From: an uncultured cyanobacterium
GTDB taxonomy: Bacteria; Cyanobacteriota; Cyanobacteriia; Cyanobacteriales; CAWCAG01
Length of the DNA: 64,000 bases
Direction of reading: 5' to 3'
NCBI GenBank assembly: GCA_963793425.1
Contig: CAWCAG010000005.1
Location: 512,001 to 576,000 of the forward strand
In this document: positions 39,852 to 47,843 of the stretch, in pieces
Layout of the letters: each line of letters begins with the position of its first letter
How positions within the stretch are numbered: the stretch's first letter is position 1
Notes under the pieces: generated by a model
The model's input: the letters and a program-made list of their open reading frames with translations, nothing else
Databases searched by the model: none
What the model was told of the DNA's origin: nothing
Translations under genes and position numbers: made by a program

Positions 39852-40475
39852 ATGAAAAAAATTAAAGCTTCAATCTTTCTAGCTGGTGCGCTCAGTTTAG
39901 GGCTAGCCTGGGAAGCTACAGCTAGTGAAGTGAGTTTACAACCAACCAACACCCTGAACTCAGAATCAACCTCTACAGTGCAAGTAGCCCAGGGATTTGA
40001 GGGGCAATGTCGCTTAACTAACAGAACCGCAGACATTTTTTCTCAACCTTCAGTAGGTAATGCCTCCCAGCGAATCAGAATCTTAACTTCTGATACTAGA
40101 GTGACTTTAGGGAGTGTTGTTAGCAATGGCTGGATTTCAGTTACTGCTCCGGTAGAAGGTTATATTATTGCTCGTTATCTCAAAGGCTGTCCAGGAGGTA
40201 ATACTGCGGCTAACCCACAGCCCACTCCTACTCCTACTCCTACCACTGGTTCAGGTTGTCGTACCACTAACGTAGGATTAATTATCCGTCCTCGCCCCAT
40301 AGCTGGTTCTTTACCTTTAGTGGGTTCTGTAGCCGCAGGAAGTAATATCACTATCACTGGTGCAGCGGAACAAGATAGTGTCGGCAGGACTTGGTATCGT
40401 ATTTCTGCTCCCCAAGCTGGCTGGGTTTCTGGTGGTGTAGGTAATAATAGTAATTTGGTTAATTGCTCTAATTAA
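39852..40475 (+). CDS. Secreted protein with two SH3b-like domains and a PT linker
   Basis: Signal peptide, two GW/WY-xx-AP..G[YW] repeats with Cys pairs, PTPTPTP linker; SD aggag before ATG 39852. Confidence 0.8.
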   Translation: MKKIKASIFLAGALSLGLAWEATASEVSLQPTNTLNSESTSTVQVAQGFEGQCRLTNRTADIFSQPSVGNASQRIRILTSDTRVTLGSVVSNGWISVTAPVEGYIIARYLKGCPGGNTAANPQPTPTPTPTTGSGCRTTNVGLIIRPRPIAGSLPLVGSVAAGSNITITGAAEQDSVGRTWYRISAPQAGWVSGGVGNNSNLVNCSN

Positions 40476-40564
40476 TTGCTCTAATCAACAGGGAGTAGGG
40501 AGTAGTATTAATTACTTATTACTTATTACTTATTACTTATTACTTATCCCCACTCCCTTCGTTA

Positions 40565-41902
40565 TCAATAAACGTCATTAGTGGGATCAACCGCAGGGCT
40601 TTCTAAGGGCATAACCAAAACCTTATCAACTCGGTTGCCATCCATATCCATCACCTCAAAGCGTAGATTGTCCCACTCGAAATGATCCGCAGCAGTAGGA
40701 ATTCTGCCCAGGTGGGTAATAACGAATCCTCCTAGAGTGTGGTAATTGCCTCTCTCTTCTCCTGGTAATCTTTTTAACTTAAACAAATCTCGAAACTCCT
40801 CAATTGGTAAAATTCCATCAATTAACCAAGAACCATCTTCCCTACGAGTAGCTTGGGGATTGTCTTGTTCATCAACTGTAGGAATATCACCGACAATGGC
40901 TTCCATAATGTCGTTGAGAGTTACCAAACCTTGGATAACGCCGTATTCATCAACCACCAAGGTGATATGGGTTCCTGTTTGCTTAAACAACTCCAACACC
41001 TTTAAGCCCCGCGTCGTTTCCGGAACAAAGAGAGGAGGGCGCAAACTAGAGGTGAGATCAAAAGGTTCCCCAGCTAAACAACTGGCAAGTAAATTGGTTA
41101 CTTGAACAATCCCTAAAACGTTATCCAAACTACCTTGACAAACTGTAAATCGGGTATGAATACTGTTGATTATTTTATGACGATTAGTTTCAGAAGAATC
41201 TTCTAAATCTAGCCAAACAATTTCTGGTCTGGGAGTCATCAAGGTGTTGATTTCCTTATCCCCCAGTTGCAAGACTCCTTCCACCATATCTTGCTCTGCT
41301 GCCTCAAACATACCCGCTTCAGTACCCTGTTTGAGCATGACTTTAATCTCTTCTTCGGTAATTAAAGGTTCTGAAGAAACTGTTGCTTTACCAAGAAGAC
41401 GTAGTACTAAATCAGTAGATAAACCCAATAAATGAACTACCGGAGAAGACAGTTTGGCTAAATTCCTTAAGGGTAAGGCAACACGCCGAGCAATTCGTTC
41501 TGGTTCATTGAGAGCAAGACGTTTAGGAACTAATTCCCCAATGACTAAAGAAAGATAAGTAATACATAATACTACTGTAACTAGAGCGATCGCTTCACTC
41601 TGTGGTTCCAGAAAGGGAAAACCTGCCAAAAAACGGGCTAATGATTCAGCGATAGTCGCACCGCCTAAAGCTCCTGCAAAGATGCCTATTAAGGTAATAC
41701 CAATCTGAACAGTAGAGAGAATTTGATTGGGGTTATTAGCAAGTTCTAGGGCAGCTTTAGCTTTATAGTCTCCTTGAGAACTAAGTTGTTCTAAACGAAT
41801 TTTACGGGAGGAGACGATAGCAATCTCCGACATGGCAAAGATGCCGTTAGCTATAATCAGCAAAAGTAGGAAAAGAATATCACTAGTGACGGAGAACATC
41901 AA
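40565..41902 (-). CDS. Hemolysin-family CNNM/CBS/CorC domain protein
   Basis: FAMSEIA, GELVPKR, MTPR, VDEYG, TLGGF..LGRIP, DGNRVDKV. Confidence 0.95.
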   Translation of the reverse strand: MMFSVTSDILFLLLLIIANGIFAMSEIAIVSSRKIRLEQLSSQGDYKAKAALELANNPNQILSTVQIGITLIGIFAGALGGATIAESLARFLAGFPFLEPQSEAIALVTVVLCITYLSLVIGELVPKRLALNEPERIARRVALPLRNLAKLSSPVVHLLGLSTDLVLRLLGKATVSSEPLITEEEIKVMLKQGTEAGMFEAAEQDMVEGVLQLGDKEINTLMTPRPEIVWLDLEDSSETNRHKIINSIHTRFTVCQGSLDNVLGIVQVTNLLASCLAGEPFDLTSSLRPPLFVPETTRGLKVLELFKQTGTHITLVVDEYGVIQGLVTLNDIMEAIVGDIPTVDEQDNPQATRREDGSWLIDGILPIEEFRDLFKLKRLPGEERGNYHTLGGFVITHLGRIPTAADHFEWDNLRFEVMDMDGNRVDKVLVMPLESPAVDPTNDVY

Positions 41903-42106
41903 TTTATTGACTCACAGAAGGTAACTATACTTACCTCCAGATAAATGTGCTAGCTCTAGTATCTTTTATTCATCCCCCATTGTGGGCATCATCACAATTT
42001 TGTATTGATTGTTCTTACCAATAAACTTTCCTAAATCCGTTACAAAAGTTAAAATGTATAGTAACTTAGAGCAAGTCCCTTGGGGTTTGTTGCTGGAGAC
42101 TAGAGA

Positions 42107-43810
42107 ATGCTGCGATTAGAACATATTAGTAAAATTTATCCTACAGGTGAAGTTCTCAAGGATGTTACTTGGGAAGTTAAGCCAGGAGAAAGAGTTGGTT
42201 TGGTAGGAGTTAATGGCGCAGGGAAGTCTACTCAGCTCAAAATTATCACTGGAGAAACTGAACCTACTTCCGGGGAAGTAGTTCGTCCGGGGAGTTTACA
42301 CATTGCCTATCTTACCCAAGAATTTGAGGTGGAACCGACTCGTACCGTCCGAGAGGAGTTTTGGACAGTATTTACAGAGGCAAATGAGGTACAGCAAGCG
42401 ATAGGGCAAGTGACTCTGGACATGGAGACAGCAACGCCAGAGAAGTTAGAGAAATTGATTAATAAGTTAGATAAGTTACAGCGCAAATTTGAAGCTTTAG
42501 ATGGTTACGGCTTGGAGGCACAAATTGAGAAGATTTTGCCAGAAATGGGTTTTGCCAGTGAAGATGGTGAACGCTTAGTTTCTTCTTTTAGTGGCGGTTG
42601 GCAAATGCGGATGAGTTTGGGGAAAATTTTGCTCCAAAATCCTGATGTGTTGCTTTTGGACGAACCAACAAACCATTTAGATTTAGCGACTATTGAGTGG
42701 TTAGAAAATTATCTTAAGGCACTTAAGACTCCGATGGTAATTGTTTCCCATGACCGGGAATTTTTAGACCGCCTTTGTACTAAAATTGTGGAAACAGAAA
42801 GGGGAGTTGCCACAACTTATCCCGGTAATTACTCAGCTTATTTACAACAAAAGGAAGAAGCTAAATTAGCCCAACTAAGTACCTATGAGCGGCAACAGAA
42901 AGAGATTGAGAAGCAACAGGTATTTATTGAACGCTTCCGGGCTAGCGCTACCCGCAGTACCCAAGCGAAAAGTCGGGAAAAGCAATTAGATAAAATTGAA
43001 CTTGTTGATGCACCAACTGCTGATTTGAGGGGTTTACGCTTTAAATTTCCCCCTTCTTCCCGTAGTGGTAGAGAAGTTGTAGAAATTAAGGATTTAACCC
43101 ATACCTATAACGATAATATTCTTTTTGTCGGTACAGAGTTAGAAATTGAAAGGGGCGATCGCGTCGCTTTTTTGGGACCGAATGGGGCAGGAAAGTCTAC
43201 TATTTTAAGAATGATTATGGGTTTGGAAAAACCCGAAGAAGGTGAAGTTAGCTTAGGGAAACATAATGTTATTCCTGGTTATTTTGAGCAGAATCAAGCT
43301 GAAGCCTTAGATTTAAACCGCACAGTTATGGAAACTATTCATGATGAGGTTCCTGACTGGAAAAATGAAGAAGTGCGTCGTTTATTGGGGCAGTTTCTTT
43401 TCAGCGGGGAAACGGCTTTTAAAAGGGTGGATGCTTTGAGTGGAGGCGAGAAAGCCCGTTTAGCTTTAGCAAAGATGCTCTTGCAACCAGCTAATCTGTT
43501 AATTCTGGATGAGCCGACTAACCATCTTGATATTCCGGCAAAAGAGATGTTAGAAGAGGCCATTCAAAATTATGATGGGACAGTGATTGTTGTTTCCCAT
43601 GACCGTTATTTTATTTCTAAAATAGCTAACAAAGTCATTGAGATTCACGACGGCGAGTTTCGCACTTATTTAGGAGATTATCATTACTATTTAGATAAGA
43701 TTGCTGAAGAGAAAGAAACAATTAGATCAGCCAAAATAGCAGCAGAGAAAGAAGCGAAAAAGAAATCTAAGGCAGCGAAAAAGAAATCTAAAACGACTAG
43801 CAAAAGGTAG
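42107..43810 (+). CDS. ABC-F family ATP-binding protein
   Basis: Two ABC domains (GVNGAGKST / GPNGAGKST, FSGGW / LSGGE, LDEPTNHLD twice), no TM segments. Confidence 0.95.
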   Translation: MLRLEHISKIYPTGEVLKDVTWEVKPGERVGLVGVNGAGKSTQLKIITGETEPTSGEVVRPGSLHIAYLTQEFEVEPTRTVREEFWTVFTEANEVQQAIGQVTLDMETATPEKLEKLINKLDKLQRKFEALDGYGLEAQIEKILPEMGFASEDGERLVSSFSGGWQMRMSLGKILLQNPDVLLLDEPTNHLDLATIEWLENYLKALKTPMVIVSHDREFLDRLCTKIVETERGVATTYPGNYSAYLQQKEEAKLAQLSTYERQQKEIEKQQVFIERFRASATRSTQAKSREKQLDKIELVDAPTADLRGLRFKFPPSSRSGREVVEIKDLTHTYNDNILFVGTELEIERGDRVAFLGPNGAGKSTILRMIMGLEKPEEGEVSLGKHNVIPGYFEQNQAEALDLNRTVMETIHDEVPDWKNEEVRRLLGQFLFSGETAFKRVDALSGGEKARLALAKMLLQPANLLILDEPTNHLDIPAKEMLEEAIQNYDGTVIVVSHDRYFISKIANKVIEIHDGEFRTYLGDYHYYLDKIAEEKETIRSAKIAAEKEAKKKSKAAKKKSKTTSKR

Positions 43811-43825
43811 ATTGATAAATGTTTA

Positions 43826-44260
43826 ATGATAAATGACAAATGTCTAATCATACTGGGTTTTGATCCCGGCAAAGATAAATGTGGTGTTGCTGTTAAGAAA
43901 CAAGACAGTGAACTACTTTATCATCAGGTTGTAGCCTCGCCAGAAGCGATTACTTCTATTAATGGTTTATGCCAAAAGTATGGAGTGAAGCTTTTAGTAA
44001 TGGGAAATCAAACCACCTCTAAACAGTGGAAACAAAAGCTAGAAGAAAAACTAACTGCCAAAATATCGATACTGATGGTGGACGAAAGATACTCTACCTT
44101 AGAAGCCCGTGATCGCTATTGGGAAATGTATCCTCCTCAAGGGCTAAAACGTCTTATTCCGCAAGGAATGCGCCTTCCTCCTCGTCCGGTGGATGATATT
44201 GTGGCTATTTTGTTGATTGAACGCTATTGCCAAAGTCAAAGAGAAGCCGAACAGAGGTAG
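43826..44260 (+). CDS. YqgF/RuvX-like RNase H-fold nuclease
   Basis: LGFDPGKDKCG, MGNQT, VDERYSTLEAR, VDDIVA. Confidence 0.88.
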   Translation: MINDKCLIILGFDPGKDKCGVAVKKQDSELLYHQVVASPEAITSINGLCQKYGVKLLVMGNQTTSKQWKQKLEEKLTAKISILMVDERYSTLEARDRYWEMYPPQGLKRLIPQGMRLPPRPVDDIVAILLIERYCQSQREAEQR

Positions 44261-44475
44261 CTTCACCGTCTTAGCAATTCAGGAAGTTATCAAGTACAAG
44301 AATTAGATAGTAATGGTCGTTATTTTTTGTCAGCCTTGAATTTATTTCTAGGTGTATGGCAAGGGAAGAAAAGGGAAACTTGTTGCCTTGGACGGAGTCT
44401 CTAGAGAAGGAAAAGCAGAGGGCTGAAAAGTTAATTGAACAGTTGAGGAAAGCAGGACTTGAGCCAGAATTTTAG
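44261..44475 (+). pseudogene. 3' fragment of a Uma2 (DUF820) endonuclease, frameshifted
   Basis: One frame reads GRYFLSALNLFLGVWQG, another GNLLPW...EKQRAEKLIEQLRKAGLEPEF*; both resemble cyanobacterial Uma2 C-termini. The N-terminus is absent. Confidence 0.75.
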
Positions 44476-44511
44476 CTTATGTCATTTTTCTTTAGTGCGA
44501 TCGCGCCTCAA

Positions 44512-44847
44512 TCAACCGACAGCAAACTCTGTAAACTGACGAATATATGGTGTATGAAACCCAATAACAATATCTTTTTTAGGTACACCTAAATCAACCA
44601 ATTCTTTTCCCAAATCAACTTCTGTTGTGTTCTGTTGAATCCAAACTTTACCATCTTTGATATCAAGGTGCATAGGGCAGTAATAAACCCGCTTTTTATC
44701 TTCCCAGCCAATTTTAACAACTTGATAATGATTATGTTCTGTATCGAAAGCAATTTGTACTTCTATTTCTCCATAGGAATGTTTATAAGAAGCATATTCA
44801 GTGAGAATTGCTTTGATACAATCTCGATACTTTTCTAATTTTTCCAT
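44512..44847 (-). CDS. xisI: XisI family protein
   Basis: FDTEHNHYQ..IGW, HLDIKDGKVWIQQNTTE, LGVPKKDIVIGFH.P..R..TEFAVG. Confidence 0.93.
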   Translation of the reverse strand: MEKLEKYRDCIKAILTEYASYKHSYGEIEVQIAFDTEHNHYQVVKIGWEDKKRVYYCPMHLDIKDGKVWIQQNTTEVDLGKELVDLGVPKKDIVIGFHTPYIRQFTEFAVG

Positions 44848-44900
44848 AAAGCAATCAGTTCTTCTAACTTTAGATATTCAATAGTTTAATATTAATGAGC
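44835..44900 (-). pseudogene. xisH: xisH 3' remnant
   Basis: ...EELIALWKN* overlapping the xisI start, as in xisH-xisI operons; the upstream part is missing. Confidence 0.55.
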
Positions 44901-44920
44901 GAATTTAAAATATAGGGCTA

Positions 44921-45015
44921 TATAGCCTTTCTCGGACTGATGAGGTACATTTCCACTAGCCACTAGCCAAAGCGCAAAAACCAGGCTGTACCTCACTAGC
45001 CTAAGAATCGCTATA
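44921..45015. mobile_element. MITE with ~29 bp imperfect TIRs (TATAGC...GCTATA)
   Basis: tatagcctttctcggactgatgaggtaca versus the reverse complement of the right end, tatagcgattcttaggctagtgaggtaca. Confidence 0.75.
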
Positions 45016-45226
45016 TCCCTCTTCTGTCAATCTCCGGAAACAAAAGTCATTTCTAAATTCTGGAGCTTTTGTATAGTATGCGATCGCAATATTTTTTCTT
45101 CCTAAAAATTCTTGCAAGCAGCAAAATTGCCAAAATTCGATTATTGCACTCTGCATTCCCTAGTATATCATTTGTCCAGGAAGTTCAAATAATAGGAAAA
45201 ATCGGAATCTGACAGAAGAGGGATAT
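45013..45226. mobile_element. MITE or internally deleted IS with 17 bp perfect TIRs
   Basis: atatccctcttctgtca (45013-45029) and tgacagaagagggatat (45210-45226); no ORF inside. Confidence 0.75.
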
Positions 45227-45274
45227 TAGGCGGCTATAATTAATGGGGTTTTAAATCAATAATATTCAATCAGC

Positions 45275-45308
45275 CGTAACGCACCCATATTATAGGATGG
45301 TTCGTTAC
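45275..45308. repeat. REP-like inverted repeat
   Basis: gtaacgcacc ... ggttcgttac (one mismatch). Confidence 0.5.
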
Positions 45309-45375
45309 ATTAATATTTTAAGGAGTTTGTTAGACTAAAGGGTCTTAGTTAGAAAAAATCCGACAATAATCAAAG

Positions 45376-46755
45376 ATGAGAACTGCGCCAAAAATTGAGT
45401 CTAGCAACTTAAGTATCGCTGATTTATTTAGAGATTTCTACTCAGTACCTGACTTCCAGAGAGAGTATGTGTGGCAAAAATCTAATGTTGAGAGATTGCT
45501 ATCAGATATCTATTACGAACTTTACGAGGAAGATGTAACTTTAGACGACGCTGAATATTTTCTAGGTTCCATCGTGGTTTTTCGTGATGAAGATAAAACT
45601 TTTCAGTTGATTGATGGTCAGCAAAGATTAACAACTATATATTTGGTTTTTTGTGTTGTTCGCAATTTGATTGTAGATTTAGGTAGTCAGTCTAGAGCTT
45701 TAGATGATTTAATAGCTGGTGTTACCCAAGATATGAAAACTGGAGAAGATGTTAGCCGATATCATCGTTACTACATTATGTCTCACTATAATGTTGACCT
45801 AAAAAATAATTTCCCTGAAGAAGATATATACAACTGGTTCGTTGAGCAAGAATCATATCATAGAATAAATCAAGACCCTTTAAAATTTGTTGATGAGTTA
45901 ATAGAAGCCAGTCAAAATTATCGGATGTTTACAGAAGGGAAAAATACTGATAGTTCACATAATAGGTATCTAGGTAACATAAAAAAGCTTCAGGGAGGTT
46001 ATAGTCAACACTTCATATTGCTTTTAGCAGGCAGACATTTAGAAAAGGATTTGTTTGCTAAATTATGCGAACAAGTGGAAAACTTACTTTTTATCTATAC
46101 TTTTATCCGCAAAGGAAGAGGTAAAGATTTTAATCTTACTCGTGTATTTTCTCAGTGGAGTGAAAAACTGCGCTTAATAAAAAACAGTGAACAACTATCG
46201 AATTTTATAGAAGAGCATTTTAAAAAAGCTGTTCATTCTTGGAGTTCTGAATTTGAGACACTTTTCAAAGGATTAACAGAATCGGATATAGCTAAATTCC
46301 GACTCCGTTATATTTTGGCCAAACTAAGTCAATTTGTAGATGAGGAGGTTTATAGTAGTTATAAACCTTTAAGTTCCTATTTAGCTAAATCTATACATAT
46401 TGAACATATATTACCCCAATCGAGAAAAATTCAACTAATTGATGGTTTTGATAAACCAGAAAAGTATGAGAACTACGTCAAAAAACTTGGCAACTTAACG
46501 CTATTGGAAAATTCCATTAATAGCTCTATTTCTAATAATTCTTATGAGCTAAAAAAGCAAGGTTATCGACATTCCCAAATGCTTATAACTAGGTCTTTGG
46601 TGGAAAAGCCAAATGTAGGCAGCAATACTCAAATTAACCGAGGTATGAAAAATCTAGAACTTGAGCAGTATGATGATTGGACATCGGATTCTATAGATAA
46701 ACGTCAAGATAGATTAGTAAGTTTAGCAAAGAAAGTTTGGGGTTTATCTTCTTAA
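45376..46755 (+). CDS. DUF262-DUF1524 (GmrSD-like) modification-dependent nuclease, probably internally deleted
   Basis: VPDFQREYVW and LIDGQQRLTT (DUF262); IEHILPQ...LGNLTLL..N (HNH-type DUF1524); FxxxNxRG motif not seen. Confidence 0.85.
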   Translation: MRTAPKIESSNLSIADLFRDFYSVPDFQREYVWQKSNVERLLSDIYYELYEEDVTLDDAEYFLGSIVVFRDEDKTFQLIDGQQRLTTIYLVFCVVRNLIVDLGSQSRALDDLIAGVTQDMKTGEDVSRYHRYYIMSHYNVDLKNNFPEEDIYNWFVEQESYHRINQDPLKFVDELIEASQNYRMFTEGKNTDSSHNRYLGNIKKLQGGYSQHFILLLAGRHLEKDLFAKLCEQVENLLFIYTFIRKGRGKDFNLTRVFSQWSEKLRLIKNSEQLSNFIEEHFKKAVHSWSSEFETLFKGLTESDIAKFRLRYILAKLSQFVDEEVYSSYKPLSSYLAKSIHIEHILPQSRKIQLIDGFDKPEKYENYVKKLGNLTLLENSINSSISNNSYELKKQGYRHSQMLITRSLVEKPNVGSNTQINRGMKNLELEQYDDWTSDSIDKRQDRLVSLAKKVWGLSS

Positions 46756-46836
46756 GCACATTTTACTTAGGTTATTTATTTCTAATACTAAATCTATCGT
46801 CTTTTGTGTAAAAAAGGTAGGGCTGATCTAGCTTGA

Positions 46837-46861
46837 GTAGGGTGGGCATTGCCCACCCTAC
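46837..46861. repeat. GTAG-type REP palindrome
   Basis: gtagggtgggca-t-tgcccaccctac, perfect 12 bp arms. Confidence 0.85.
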
Positions 46862-47086
46862 TTGTGAGTGCGATCTATCTCATTACTCAATTAAAATCAC
46901 CCTCTATTTCTATTATTTCTATGTCTTATGATTGCTAATTCATTTAATGTCAATCAAGCTTTTACCATAAATAATTAAAGTTCCAAAAGTACATATATAG
47001 TATTTTTATTTGTTGCCTATACTTATGGTATTTGTAGCGATTTGTCTGTTGATTGTCTGTTAATTGTAGAAGTATTTTTCCTCCCC

Positions 47087-47287
47087 TTATGGTCTGCCCC
47101 ACTCAATTTCACTTACTACGTATCTATCTATTTCTTGTGTTATGATTACTGCGATACCTTCAACTTCTCCATCAAAGCAAAATTCGATATAAGCCCAACT
47201 TCTGTCTTGCTCTTTTTTGTTTGGCCAATCATCTAGTAAATTAACTAAATCAGAAGATTCTAAAGGAGAGTTTATGTATTCAATCAT
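47087..47287 (-). CDS. Small acidic hypothetical protein or gene fragment
   Basis: 66 aa ORF in AT-rich DNA; family not recognised. Confidence 0.35.
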   Translation of the reverse strand: MIEYINSPLESSDLVNLLDDWPNKKEQDRSWAYIEFCFDGEVEGIAVIITQEIDRYVVSEIEWGRP

Positions 47288-47390
47288 ATTCTCGTACTCT
47301 TCTTTTAGTATAGATTAATAAACGTTTTCACTTAATTTATCGTGTATATTATATATGTGTTTTTACAGGGTCGTCTTTAAGTAGAGGACT

Positions 47391-47435
47391 TTAAGCTGAA
47401 CTTGCGATAATATTTTCATCTGCTACGAAATTCAC
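47391..47435 (-). pseudogene. Truncated DUF5615 PIN-like toxin
   Basis: GTG overlapping the DUF433 stop (GTGA) reads MNFVADENIIASSA*, matching the MxFxxDEN start of DUF5615. Confidence 0.7.
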
Positions 47436-47677
47436 GATACTTTTTGAGGAAGAGGATAAACTGCCTCAGCCCTCAAAACTTCTAAAGCAAAAGCTAAAGC
47501 GGCTAAAATGCCCTCTGGAGTCAAGCGAGGATAGACCGCTAGAATTTCTTCGGTTGTTTCACCAGCAGCTAGTTTTTCAAGAATTAATTCAACTGTAATG
47601 CGAGTTCCGGCAATAACAGGTTTACCCATCATTACATCAGGGTTAGAACTAATTAAATGCCTAAGTTTCTGTTGCAT
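47432..47677 (-). CDS. DUF433 family antitoxin
   Basis: NPDVMMGKPVIAGTRITV..IL..LAAG...EIL..YP.L. Confidence 0.93.
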   Translation of the reverse strand: MQQKLRHLISSNPDVMMGKPVIAGTRITVELILEKLAAGETTEEILAVYPRLTPEGILAALAFALEVLRAEAVYPLPQKVS

Positions 47678-47756
47678 GATTTGAAATTAAATATTGATTC
47701 TTGTATCGTATCAGATCTGGTTGATAGCACAGGTTATCGGCGAGGGTAGGGAGCAG

Positions 47757-47831
47757 GGGGGCATCTCAAATTGGTAAATATAGGCTATTAACCTCACAGA
47801 TCAACTATTTCTGCAAAACTGAGATGCTCCC
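47757..47831. mobile_element. Small inverted-repeat element (~75 bp)
   Basis: gggggcatctca ... tgagatgctccc (11/12 complementary), downstream of carB. Confidence 0.6.
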
Positions 47832-47843
47832 GCAGCAGAAGAG

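Noticed and set aside
23530..40547. ttattac, gcaacta and gggagct arrays as possible CRISPR arrays
   Set aside because: These are 7-8 nt tandem units with no unique spacers and no cas genes, i.e. ordinary cyanobacterial short tandem repeats.
44512..44847. xisI as a marker of a heterocyst excision element
   Set aside because: No xisF recombinase or interrupted fdxN/nif gene is in the window, and XisI homologs are widely dispersed.
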